This document shows, in pieces, positions 23,075 to 32,448 of a stretch of DNA of 64,000 nt. Position 1 is the stretch's first letter. Each line of letters opens with the position of its first letter. The notes under the pieces were generated by a model. That model was given only the letters and a program-made list of their open reading frames with translations, was not told where the DNA came from and did not search any database. This DNA comes from Gammaproteobacteria bacterium (GTDB lineage Bacteria > Pseudomonadota > Gammaproteobacteria > Pseudomonadales > JADFDG01). The DNA lies in assembly GCA_018262975.1 (NCBI GenBank), contig JADFDG010000012.1, positions 10,099 through 74,098 on the forward strand, given 5' to 3'. The position numbers and the translations under genes are program-made.

Positions 23075-25477
23075 CTAATCTACCACAAGCCCCGTCCCCC
23101 CCTGCCACCCGGGCAGCGCACCTGCTTCCACCCTGTCGAGCCAGAAGCGCCGGCGCGCCTGGCGGGCCGCCTGCACCGGCGGCGCACCTGCGGTCTCGCC
23201 CAGGCGGGTACAAAGTGCACCGTGGCGCGCCGTGTCGTACAGGCTGGCACCCTGCCGGCGCAACGCCGCGACCACATCCGGGTGCGGATGCGTTGCCCGG
23301 TTGCGGTGACCCACCGGGAATATCACGCGCGCCGGCTCGACGCGGTACAGGAAGGTGGTGCTCAACGAGTCACGGCCACCGTGTGACGGTGCCACCAGCA
23401 GGTCCGCGCGCAGGCGGTCACCCCATGCGGCAACGAGCGCCAGTTGCTGGTCCCGGCCGGCATCGCCCGGCAGCAGGGCCACCTGGTCTCCAGCGCGGAC
23501 ATGCAGTACGCAGGCCCGCGCACGCCTCGCACCGGCACTCGCTGCCGGCCAGAGATGGAATTCCACTCCGTCGTGGCGCCAGTCACGCGCCACCTGACAG
23601 GGCACGGCACCCACCGCCGAAGGCGGCGGGTCATCGGCGACGACCTGCCGCGGGCGCAGCGCCGCCAGGACCGTCGCCGCTCCACCGGCGTGCTCGGCGC
23701 CTCCGCCACTGAGCACGAGCGTATCGAGCGGATCCATGCCCAGGGCTCGCGCCGCCGGGACCACCACCGTGGCACCGGCATCATTCTCGGCTCCCTGTGC
23801 CGGGCCGGTGTCATAGACCAATGAGCGCGTGGCCGTACGCACCGTGACTGCCAGGCCCTGCCCGACGTCAAGCACGCACAACTCCGCCACTCCGTACGCC
23901 AGGCGCGGGGCCACCGGCCATGCCAGTATCGCCAGCAGCACGACAGCCAGTTTCAGCGCTGGTTGCCGCGCGAACAGCAGCACCAGCAACGCTGCGAACA
24001 GGGCGACGGCAACAAGACCATCGCTGCCCTGCAGTTGCAGCGGCGCCAGCAGCGACCAGCCATCGACCCACACCAGCCAGTGCCAGGTCCAGGAAAGCGC
24101 CAGCGTGGCGAGGTCAACCAGCAGGTCCGCGCCACCCGGCCACACCGGCGCCAGCAGCATGCCGAGCAATCCCGGCGGCAATGCCAGCAGGTTGACCAAC
24201 GGGATGGCAGGCAGGTTGGCCAGCACGCTGCTCGTGCTGGCCGTGCCGAACAACCACACCAGCGCCGGCGCCAGCAGCACCGTCAGCAACGCCTGCATGC
24301 GCAGCCCGGACCACGCCTCCTGCCACCAGCGCGGGCCAGCGGCGGTGGCGGCCGGTCGCCGGCCAAGTTCGTTCACTGCGAGCAGCAAGGCAACGGCGCC
24401 ATAACTCAGCCAGAAGCCGGTGGCATGCACCGCCAGCGGATCCAGCACCAACACCAGCAGGGTGGCCGCCAGCAAAGACCGCCACACGGGCACGCCACCG
24501 CCGGCAAGCAGGAACAGCGATGCCACGCCGAGCATCAGGGCGGCCCGCAGCGCCGGCAGCGGCATCCCTGCCAAAGACGCGTAGGCCACAGCCACCAGGG
24601 TCGCCGGCAATACCGCCAGCACCCGGTAGCGCAAACTCGCCGGGCGACGGCCGAGCACGCGTGCCGCCAGCCACAGCAACGCACCCCACAGCAGTGCCAC
24701 GTGCAGACCGCTGATGGCAACCAGATGCGCCGTACCGGTATCCGCCAGCACGCGCCATTGCCCGCCGGACAGCATGCCGCGCTCATCGACCAGCAGTGCA
24801 GGCAGTACCGCGCGCGCGAACTGCTCGCCCTCGTCACCGGCAATGTCCCCCGGACCATCGCCAAGCAACGGCAGCAGGTGCGCCAGCAACACGCTGCGCG
24901 CCGCCATCCAGCCACCGGCGGGCGCAACACGCCCGTTGCGCGGATCATCCCGCACACTGCCGCTGGCGACCACGCGTGCACCGAGCAGGTACTGCTCGAA
25001 CTCGCTGCCACCGGGATTCAACGCGGCACGTGGCCGCTGCAGGCGCGCGACCCATTGCCAGCGCTCACCGGGCTGGACCGCCACCGGTTGCCAACTGGTG
25101 AGGCGCACCTGCCAGGCGAACGGCGACCAGGGCACCCCGGCCCACGGCAGGCGCTCGCACTCGAGCACGAACGCCATCGAGCCGTCCGCGCGCATGCTGA
25201 CCGACGCAACACGGCCCTCCAGCAGCAGCTCGCTGCCTTCCAGCGCGTGCGGCAAGCGCGCACCGAGCACGACACCGGCCTGCCATGCCGCCACGCTCAT
25301 GCCGAGCGCCAGTGCAGCCACCCCGCCCGCCATGCAACGGGCGGTCCCGCGCGCTGCCAGCATCGCCAGCAGAGCCATTGCCAGGGCGCAGGCGAGCGTT
25401 GCCAAGGATGGCAATACCGGCCAGGCCAGTTGCGACACCACGCCTGCCGTATAGCCGGCAGCCACCGCCACGAGCAT
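23075..25477 (-). CDS. comEC: DNA internalization-related competence protein ComEC/Rec2
   Basis: 800 aa. Polytopic competence domain plus a C-terminal metallo-beta-lactamase-like region (VLDVGQGLAV...). Confidence 0.85.
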   Translation of the reverse strand: MLVAVAAGYTAGVVSQLAWPVLPSLATLACALAMALLAMLAARGTARCMAGGVAALALGMSVAAWQAGVVLGARLPHALEGSELLLEGRVASVSMRADGSMAFVLECERLPWAGVPWSPFAWQVRLTSWQPVAVQPGERWQWVARLQRPRAALNPGGSEFEQYLLGARVVASGSVRDDPRNGRVAPAGGWMAARSVLLAHLLPLLGDGPGDIAGDEGEQFARAVLPALLVDERGMLSGGQWRVLADTGTAHLVAISGLHVALLWGALLWLAARVLGRRPASLRYRVLAVLPATLVAVAYASLAGMPLPALRAALMLGVASLFLLAGGGVPVWRSLLAATLLVLVLDPLAVHATGFWLSYGAVALLLAVNELGRRPAATAAGPRWWQEAWSGLRMQALLTVLLAPALVWLFGTASTSSVLANLPAIPLVNLLALPPGLLGMLLAPVWPGGADLLVDLATLALSWTWHWLVWVDGWSLLAPLQLQGSDGLVAVALFAALLVLLFARQPALKLAVVLLAILAWPVAPRLAYGVAELCVLDVGQGLAVTVRTATRSLVYDTGPAQGAENDAGATVVVPAARALGMDPLDTLVLSGGGAEHAGGAATVLAALRPRQVVADDPPPSAVGAVPCQVARDWRHDGVEFHLWPAASAGARRARACVLHVRAGDQVALLPGDAGRDQQLALVAAWGDRLRADLLVAPSHGGRDSLSTTFLYRVEPARVIFPVGHRNRATHPHPDVVAALRRQGASLYDTARHGALCTRLGETAGAPPVQAARQARRRFWLDRVEAGALPGWQGGTGLVVD

Positions 25478-25590
25478 TCCCTGCTCCCGTCACGAATCAA
25501 TCGACAGCCCCGCCGCACGTGTGTGCCAGAAGCCGGCGGGCGTGCATAATAGGTCCCGACGTCGGCCAGACGCTGTGCGCAAATCGCCTG

Positions 25591-26121
25591 ATGCCCCGGA
25601 AGTTATTGAAGAAATACCTGCCCGATCCAGCGCACCTGCGTGAGCACAAGCACCTGCGGGTGTTCGGCGAGCGCCTGGCGGACCCGAACCTGTGGCACCT
25701 GAACCGGCGCTCGATCGCCGGCGGCGCCTTCATCGGGCTGTTCTGCGCGTTGCTGCCCATGCCGTTCCAGATGCTGCCGGCGGCGATGCTGGCCATCCTG
25801 TTCCGCGCCAACATGCCGATCTCCATCGCCCTGGTCTGGCTGACCAACCCGGTGACCATGGTCCCGGTGGCATGGGCTGCCTACCACACCGGCGCGTTCC
25901 TGCTCGGCAGCGACACCAACTGGTCGGTCAATGACATCGGCTGGGAGTGGATGTGGGCGAACTACCCGCCACTGTTGCTGGGGTCGCTGCTGATAGGCCT
26001 GACGCTCGGCCTTGGCGGCTGGTTCGGCGTGCACTACGTCTGGCGCCTGCACATCCGGCACCAGTGGCGCATACGCCAGGAGAAACGGCGCGCGAAGCGC
26101 GCCGGTCAGGATCCGCGCTGA
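25591..26121 (+). CDS. DUF2062 family membrane protein
   Basis: Internal start [41 protein letters not shown], followed by TM helices. Same neighbourhood as in Pseudomonas. Confidence 0.75.
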   Translation: MPRKLLKKYLPDPAHLREHKHLRVFGERLADPNLWHLNRRSIAGGAFIGLFCALLPMPFQMLPAAMLAILFRANMPISIALVWLTNPVTMVPVAWAAYHTGAFLLGSDTNWSVNDIGWEWMWANYPPLLLGSLLIGLTLGLGGWFGVHYVWRLHIRHQWRIRQEKRRAKRAGQDPR

Positions 26122-26804
26122 GCGATTCCGCCGTCGCTGAGTTCCAGCACGCGATGGCAGCGTGCGGCGAGCGCCGGGTCGTGGGTCACCAGCAGGAAGC
26201 TCGTGGACATCTGCTCGTTCAGCCCGAACATCAGCGCCTGTACGTCCGCCGCCGTGCGACGGTCGAGGTTGCCCGTGGGTTCGTCGGCCAGCACCACGGC
26301 GGGATTACCGACCAGCGCCCGGGCGATCGCCACGCGCTGGCGTTCGCCGCCGGACAACTCCGCCGGCTTGTGCTCCGCGCGCGGCGCAAGGCCCACGCGT
26401 TCGAGCATGACTGCCGCGCGCTCGCCCGCCTCGCGCGGCGACATCCCGCCAATCAGCAACGGCATGGCCACGTTCTCGCGCGCGGTGAACTCCGGCAGCA
26501 GGTGGTGGAACTGGTAGACGAAACCGATGGCCCGGTTGCGCAGCGCCCCGCGGGCCTTCTCGTCGAGCGAGGACAGCGCCTCGCCCATGACTTCCACGGT
26601 GCCGGACGTGGGCCGGTCCAGCCCTCCCAGCAGGTTCAGCAAGGTGCTCTTGCCGGCACCCGACGCACCGATCACGGCGACCATCTCGCCGCGCCGCACC
26701 TCGAGGTCGATGCCGCGCAGCACTTCCACCAGCGACGGGCCCTCGGTGTAATGCTTCACCAGCGCCACGGTACGCAGCACCACGTCCCGCACGGGTTCAC
26801 TCAT
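26106..26804 (-). CDS. lolD: Lipoprotein-releasing system ATP-binding protein LolD
   Basis: Internal start [22 protein letters not shown] Walker [27 protein letters not shown]. Confidence 0.9.
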   Translation of the reverse strand: MSEPVRDVVLRTVALVKHYTEGPSLVEVLRGIDLEVRRGEMVAVIGASGAGKSTLLNLLGGLDRPTSGTVEVMGEALSSLDEKARGALRNRAIGFVYQFHHLLPEFTARENVAMPLLIGGMSPREAGERAAVMLERVGLAPRAEHKPAELSGGERQRVAIARALVGNPAVVLADEPTGNLDRRTAADVQALMFGLNEQMSTSFLLVTHDPALAARCHRVLELSDGGIAQRGS

Positions 26805-28032
26805 AGCGCAATGCCTCGGCCGGATGCACCTTCGATGCGCGCAGCGCCGGGTAAACCGTGGCGGCAAAACTGAGGGTGAAGGCAATCACCGACACGGTCA
26901 CCACGTCGCTCATGCGCAGCTCGGACGGCAGGAAATTCACGAAGTAGGCTTCCAGCAACGCGGCACCGGTGGCCTGCTCGACCCATGCGACGATATCGCT
27001 GATGGTGAGCGCCAGGGTGATGCCGAGCAGCACGCCGGTCAGCGTGCCCACCACGCCGATCACCACGCCCTGCACCATGAACACGCGCATGATCATGCCG
27101 GGGCTCGCACCCAGCGTGCGCAGGATGGCGATGTCACCCTTCTTGTCGGTCACCACCATGACCAGGCTGGACACGATGTTGAAGGCCGCCACCGCGACGA
27201 TGAACAGCAGCAACAGCGTCATCATCGTCTTTTCCATCTTCACGGCCTGGAACAGGTTGCCGTGGGTGCGCGTCCAGTCGACCGAGTAGGTGTTGCCGCC
27301 CGACAGCATCACCAGGTCGTCCATCACCCACGGGGCGTCGAACAGGTCATGCATCTTGACCCGCAGTGCCTGGGCGGTGTGCGGGTGGCGCAGCAGCACG
27401 GCGGCGTCGTCCAGGTGCACGTAGGCCAGCGACACATCAAGCTCCGCCCCCACGCGGAAGATGCCGCTGACGGTGAAACGCTTGAAACGCGGCATGACAC
27501 CGGCCGGCGACACCGTGGCTTCCGGCAGCACCAGCGTGACCTTGTCGCCGAGCCCGACACCCAGGCGGCGCGCCAGCGTGGCGCCGAGCACGATACCGAA
27601 GTCGCCGGGACGCAGGGCCTCGAGCGACCCTTCCACCATGTGATCCGGGAGGATGGACACCGCCCGCTCCTCGGACGGCAGGATGCCGTTGATGACGGCG
27701 CCCTCGACGGTGCCTGCACCGGTCAGCATGGCCTGCATCTGGCTGAACGGTGCGACACCGGCCACGCCCGGATGCCGGCGCGCCAACTCGGCCTGTGCCG
27801 CCCAGTCGGCGATGGGTTCATAGCCCACCAGGCTGCCGTGCGGGACCATGCCCAGGATGCGGCCGCGCAGTTCGCGATCGAAGCCGTTCATGACCGACAG
27901 CACGGTGATCAGCACGGCCACGCCGAGGCCGAGCCCGATGATGGAGGTCAGCGAGATGAAGGAAATGAAGTGGTTGCGCCGGCGGGCACGGGTGTAGCGC
28001 AGGCCGACAAACAGGGATACGGGCTTGAACAT
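26797..28032 (-). CDS. lolC: Lipoprotein-releasing system permease, LolC/LolE family (the only copy in this operon)
   Basis: Internal start [28 protein letters not shown] (typical LolC/E N-terminus). FtsX-like C-terminal TM bundle. Confidence 0.88.
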   Translation of the reverse strand: MFKPVSLFVGLRYTRARRRNHFISFISLTSIIGLGLGVAVLITVLSVMNGFDRELRGRILGMVPHGSLVGYEPIADWAAQAELARRHPGVAGVAPFSQMQAMLTGAGTVEGAVINGILPSEERAVSILPDHMVEGSLEALRPGDFGIVLGATLARRLGVGLGDKVTLVLPEATVSPAGVMPRFKRFTVSGIFRVGAELDVSLAYVHLDDAAVLLRHPHTAQALRVKMHDLFDAPWVMDDLVMLSGGNTYSVDWTRTHGNLFQAVKMEKTMMTLLLLFIVAVAAFNIVSSLVMVVTDKKGDIAILRTLGASPGMIMRVFMVQGVVIGVVGTLTGVLLGITLALTISDIVAWVEQATGAALLEAYFVNFLPSELRMSDVVTVSVIAFTLSFAATVYPALRASKVHPAEALRYE

Positions 28033-28193
28033 GGCGCGGCATTTAAGCACAGCCCGGAAGCTGCCGGCCAACGCCTTTTGGGTACCGGAGCGTCGCCGCG
28101 GGGTGGCGCCGGCCCGGTGTTCCAATCAGGTTGAATAGTCAAGCCTAACTCTTTACCATCACTTGAATTATGTCGCTCGTTCCGGGGTGGGGA

Positions 28194-29060
28194 ATGATTA
28201 AAAGAACAACCCGAGCCGGCCTAGTCGCGGCCTTTTGCTGCCTGCTGCCGGCGATTTCGCTGGCCAGCTCGCTGCCGCGCCAGGGCATGACCATGGACCA
28301 GGTACGCCAGGCTTACGGTGCGCCGGCGCGCGACATGGGCGCGGTCGGCTCGCCCGCCATCACCCGCTGGGTCTATGACGGCTACACCGTCTACTTCGAG
28401 CGCAGCCGGGTCGTGCACGTGGTGCGCACACAACCGCTGCCGCGCGGAACGACCGCACCTGCAGCACCTGCACCGGTGCCTGCGCCTGCGCCGGCAATCG
28501 CCGCGCCGCAGCCGGCCGAGGCTCCGGCTGCACCGGCCTACGTCGAGCCCGCTTACGTTGCCCCTGCCTACGTCGCCCCTGCCGCCGTTGCCGACACCCC
28601 GGCAAGCATGCCGGTCGAGCCGGTCGAGGAACCGGCCATGGCGCCGGTGGCCGAAGAGCCGGCCATGGAGGACGTCGTGGTGGAAGAACCGGCGGCGGCT
28701 TCCGGCGAGCCTGCCGGACAACCGGTCGTTGAAGCCGCACCGGCCGCCGTCGAGCCTGTTCCAGCACCGGCATTCGCACCGGCCAGCCCGGGCGGCGGAT
28801 TCCGCTTCGACCCGGTGACCGGTCGCCTGATCATCGACAGCGAACCCGCCGAGTCCACCGAGGCACCTGTGCAAACCGCACCGGCCGCTGCCGAGCCGGA
28901 GCCCGCACCGGAGCCCGCAACGGAGTCGGCCAGCACCGAGCCAGCCCCCGCCGAAGCGCAGCCTGAAGCGAGCGAGCCCGCGCCGGCCGATGCCGGGACC
29001 GCCACGGACGACAACCTCGAGTTCGACCCTGAAACCGGCACTTTCCGACCGAAGCGCTAA
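28194..29060 (+). CDS. Hypothetical secreted protein with an Ala/Pro/Glu-rich low-complexity C-terminal half
   Basis: MIKRTTRAGLVAAFCCLLPAISLASS signal-like N-terminus, a small folded domain, then PAYVEPAYVAPAYVAP and AP-rich repeats. The start at 28194 is preferred over 28170 (G-rich SD). Confidence 0.6.
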   Translation: MIKRTTRAGLVAAFCCLLPAISLASSLPRQGMTMDQVRQAYGAPARDMGAVGSPAITRWVYDGYTVYFERSRVVHVVRTQPLPRGTTAPAAPAPVPAPAPAIAAPQPAEAPAAPAYVEPAYVAPAYVAPAAVADTPASMPVEPVEEPAMAPVAEEPAMEDVVVEEPAAASGEPAGQPVVEAAPAAVEPVPAPAFAPASPGGGFRFDPVTGRLIIDSEPAESTEAPVQTAPAAAEPEPAPEPATESASTEPAPAEAQPEASEPAPADAGTATDDNLEFDPETGTFRPKR

Positions 29061-29084
29061 CCGACCACCGACACAGAGAGCAGC

Positions 29085-30113
29085 ATGACGTTCCGCCTGT
29101 TGCCCGAGTGGGCGCCGCAGTGCGGCGTCATGCTCACCTGGCCCGCCCCGCACACCGACTGGCTCGACATCCTCGACGAAGCCGAGTCGAGTTACACCGA
29201 GATCGCCTGCGCCATCGCGCGGCGTGAAACCTGCATCATTACCTGCGTCGATGCCGCCCACCGCGACCTGATCCTTGCCCGCCTGCGCCTGCGCGGCGTC
29301 AACGAGGCGAACCTGCGCTTCGTGCATGCCCGCTACGACGACACCTGGGTGCGCGACTACGGCCCGATCACCGTCAGCGACGGCAAGTCGCTGCAATTGC
29401 GCGACTTCGGCTTCAACGGCTGGGGGCAGAAATTCTCGGCGGTGAATGACGATGCAGTGACCCGCACGCTCGCCGGCCAGGGGTTGTTCCGCGCGCCGGT
29501 CAGCAGCATCGACCTGTTCCTGGAAGGCGGCAGCATCGAGACCGATGGACGCGGCTCCCTGCTGACCACCAGCGCCTGCCTGCTGTCGAAGTTCCGCAAC
29601 CCCCAGCTTGACCGCGCGGCGACCGAACGCGAACTGAAGAAGGTCCTGGGCGTCGAGCGCATCCTGTGGCTGGAGCACGGGCACCTCGCCGGCGACGACA
29701 CCGACAGCCACATCGACACGCTGGCGCGCTTCTGCGACGAGCGCACCATCTGCTACGTCGCCTGCGACGACCGCGACGACGAGCACTACGATGACCTCGC
29801 CGCCATGGAAGACGAGTTGCGGGCGCTGCGCGATGCCGACGGCAAGCCCTACGAACTGGTGCCGCTGCCCTGGCCCGCCGGCAAGTATGCCGATGACGGC
29901 CATCGCCTGCCGGCCAGTTACGCCAACTTCCTCATCATCAATGGCGCCGTGCTGGTGCCCACCTACCGCGACAATGCCGACCCGGAAGTGCTGGCCACCC
30001 TCGCCCGCTGCTTCCCCCGACACGACGTGATCGGCATCGACTGCCTGCCGCTGATCAAGCAGCACGGCAGCCTGCACTGCGTCACCATGCAATTGCCCGC
30101 CGGCGTGCTCTGA
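29085..30113 (+). CDS. Agmatine deiminase family protein (Porphyromonas-type peptidyl-arginine deiminase fold)
   Basis: 342 aa. DTWVRDYGP, GGSIETDGRGS, DSHIDTLARF, ASYANFLIING and C-terminal GSLHCVTMQ catalytic Cys motif. Confidence 0.85.
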   Translation: MTFRLLPEWAPQCGVMLTWPAPHTDWLDILDEAESSYTEIACAIARRETCIITCVDAAHRDLILARLRLRGVNEANLRFVHARYDDTWVRDYGPITVSDGKSLQLRDFGFNGWGQKFSAVNDDAVTRTLAGQGLFRAPVSSIDLFLEGGSIETDGRGSLLTTSACLLSKFRNPQLDRAATERELKKVLGVERILWLEHGHLAGDDTDSHIDTLARFCDERTICYVACDDRDDEHYDDLAAMEDELRALRDADGKPYELVPLPWPAGKYADDGHRLPASYANFLIINGAVLVPTYRDNADPEVLATLARCFPRHDVIGIDCLPLIKQHGSLHCVTMQLPAGVL

Positions 30114-30177
30114 GCCCTGCCACGACAGCGTCACCGCCGTTGCGTATCATCAGGCCACGCAACGGCGGAGACACACC

Positions 30178-30930
30178 ATGATCGTGATCGGCCACCGCGG
30201 CGCCCGCGGCGAGGCGCCCGAAAACACCCTGCCCTCCTTCCTGCACGCGATGCATGCCGGCGTCCGCCACTTCGAGCTGGACGTACGACTGTCGTGGGAC
30301 GGCCGGCCGGTGGTGATACACGACGACAGCGTCGAGCGCACCACCGGTGAAAAGGGCCTGGTCGCCGAACTGCCGGCCTCGCAACTGGCCGTACTGGACG
30401 CACGCCGCAACACGCCAGGCTGGTCCGCGCCAGCCGGTATCCCCACGCTGGAAGAAGTGCTGGTCGCCTGCTCGCAGGTCGAGAGCTGGCAGCTGGAAAT
30501 CAAGAGCGACGCACCGGCACGCATCAAGGCGCTGTTGCACGCGATGGCCGACCTGCTCGCACAGTTGCACCTGGCGCCGCAAGTCACGCTGACCTCGCTG
30601 GACGTCGACGTGCTCAAGCTGGCGAAGAAGGAGGCCCCGGCGCTGGCGCGCGGCTACGTCGCCGAACGCGCCGAACCGGCACCGCTGGCCACGGCGCGAC
30701 GCCTCGGCTGCACGCTGCTGGTCAGCAACTGGAAAATTACCGACGACGCGCTGGTACAGGGCGCGCACGAGGCCGGCCTGCCGGTATCGGTGTGGACGGT
30801 GAATGACCTGGTGGTGGCCGAAAGGCTGCGTAACCTGGGCGTGGACAGCGTGATCACCGACTTCCCCACCGCCCTGCTCGCGCACCAGGCAATGCGCGCC
30901 CGCCTGGACTCAGGGCGCGGCAGCCAGTAG
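30178..30930 (+). CDS. Glycerophosphodiester phosphodiesterase family protein
   Basis: 250 aa. MIVIGHRGARGEAPENTLPSF and ELDVRLS motifs. Confidence 0.88.
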   Translation: MIVIGHRGARGEAPENTLPSFLHAMHAGVRHFELDVRLSWDGRPVVIHDDSVERTTGEKGLVAELPASQLAVLDARRNTPGWSAPAGIPTLEEVLVACSQVESWQLEIKSDAPARIKALLHAMADLLAQLHLAPQVTLTSLDVDVLKLAKKEAPALARGYVAERAEPAPLATARRLGCTLLVSNWKITDDALVQGAHEAGLPVSVWTVNDLVVAERLRNLGVDSVITDFPTALLAHQAMRARLDSGRGSQ

Positions 30931-32130
30931 GCCGGTATCCAGCGTGGCCGCCGTCACCGGCATGCCGAGGAATGCCGCGATCTCGTCGCGCCGCGCCACG
31001 GCGTCCCGGTAACCCAGCGCCATCAGCGCCCGGCAGAAGCCCTGCTCGAACAGCAGGTAACTCACGGCCGTACCGCCACCGCGCCGCGTCGCGCCGGATC
31101 CCGACAGCAGCGTGCGGATATTGCGCGGCAGCTCGTGGGCGTGCTGCGCGGCCAGCTCGTCGAGCGGTTGCGACGGGGAAATTTTCAGCAGCTCCACCTC
31201 GCGCAGCTCCATGTGGTTGGCGCGCCTGGTGTCGTCGGGAATCATGCGCAGCGTACGATTGATGCGCTCCAGCCGCTCCACGTCGCCCTCGAAGGCGTCG
31301 ACGAAGGCGCTGTTGAGCACGTGGCCAACGATTTGCGCGGCACTGGGGTACTCGCCCTCGTTCAGACGCCGCGGCGCATTGCTGGCGTTGCCACTCACGC
31401 CGATCACCAGGATCTTCTCAGCCCCCAGGTGCAAGGCAGGACTCAGGGGCGCCAACTGGCGGATAGCGCCGTCGCCGAAGAATTCGCGGTTGATCTTCAC
31501 GGCCGGGAAAAGGATCGGCAGCGCACTCGAGGCGAGCAGGTGCTGCAGGGTAATCTCGGCGGGAATGCCGATGCGCCGCACGCGCCGCCACGGCGCGATC
31601 GGCTCGGCGGACTGGAAGAAAGTCACCGATTCGCCGGTGGTATAGCCGGCCGCGGTAATGCTCAGCGCATAGAGATTGCCCTGCGAGAGCTGGCGATCGA
31701 TCTTCTTGAAATTGATCACCTGGTCCAGCAACTGCGCCAGCGGCGCGTTGTCGAGCAATGAGTACGGCACGTCGGTCTTGCCGCGCCGCGCGCCGGCCAG
31801 CAACCAGCGGAACACCAGTCCGACGAACGACGACCAGTCGGTACGATAGACATGTTCGGCCGTGAGGTTGCCCCAGATGCGCTCCAGTCCGCGCACGCCG
31901 GTGCGGAAGTGCACCGCCTGCGCCGCCAGCGACGTGGCATTGATCGCGCCGGCCGACGTGCCGCAGATGATGTCGAAGGGATTCTTCGCGTCCTTGGGCA
32001 GGATGTCGGCAATGGCCATCAACACGCCCACCTGGTAGGCCGCGCGCGCGCCGCCACCGGAAAGGATCAGCCCGGTCTTGCGCGCGCGCGGCGCGCCGGG
32101 CGTGGCGTTGGTGTGCTGCGCAATCGACAC
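30910..32130 (-). CDS. Patatin-like phospholipase
   Basis: 406 aa. GLILSGGGARAAYQVG oxyanion motif and GTSAGAINA nucleophile elbow. Confidence 0.88.
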   Translation of the reverse strand: MSIAQHTNATPGAPRARKTGLILSGGGARAAYQVGVLMAIADILPKDAKNPFDIICGTSAGAINATSLAAQAVHFRTGVRGLERIWGNLTAEHVYRTDWSSFVGLVFRWLLAGARRGKTDVPYSLLDNAPLAQLLDQVINFKKIDRQLSQGNLYALSITAAGYTTGESVTFFQSAEPIAPWRRVRRIGIPAEITLQHLLASSALPILFPAVKINREFFGDGAIRQLAPLSPALHLGAEKILVIGVSGNASNAPRRLNEGEYPSAAQIVGHVLNSAFVDAFEGDVERLERINRTLRMIPDDTRRANHMELREVELLKISPSQPLDELAAQHAHELPRNIRTLLSGSGATRRGGGTAVSYLLFEQGFCRALMALGYRDAVARRDEIAAFLGMPVTAATLDTGLLAAAP

Positions 32131-32184
32131 GGGACTATCCTTGGCGGGGCCAGTCCCTAACTTACGACCGTACGGCGCCGGGGG

Positions 32185-32430
32185 TCAACGCGGCTCGCCG
32201 GGATCGAAACGGCGCACGGCAGATTCCGGCTGGCTGGTGGACGCCGGCGGCGTGGAAGCCGCGTCGCACTTGGCCGTGTCGCCACCGCAGATCGGGCAAT
32301 CGGGCTCCCCGGCGAGCGCACTCATGCCGCCACAGGACCCCTTGATCGGCGCACGCCCGAACAGGATGCCCACCGCCATGGCGGCGAAGATCGCCAGCAT
32401 CAGCACGATCGCGAGCAGGATGGTTTCCAT
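32185..32430 (-). CDS. nqrM: (Na+)-NQR maturation protein NqrM
   Basis: 81 aa. N-terminal TM helix, then GSCGG...CPICGG Cys motifs. Immediately downstream of apbE. Confidence 0.8.
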   Translation of the reverse strand: METILLAIVLMLAIFAAMAVGILFGRAPIKGSCGGMSALAGEPDCPICGGDTAKCDAASTPPASTSQPESAVRRFDPGEPR

Positions 32431-32448
32431 GGCAGGTCTCCGCGCCGG

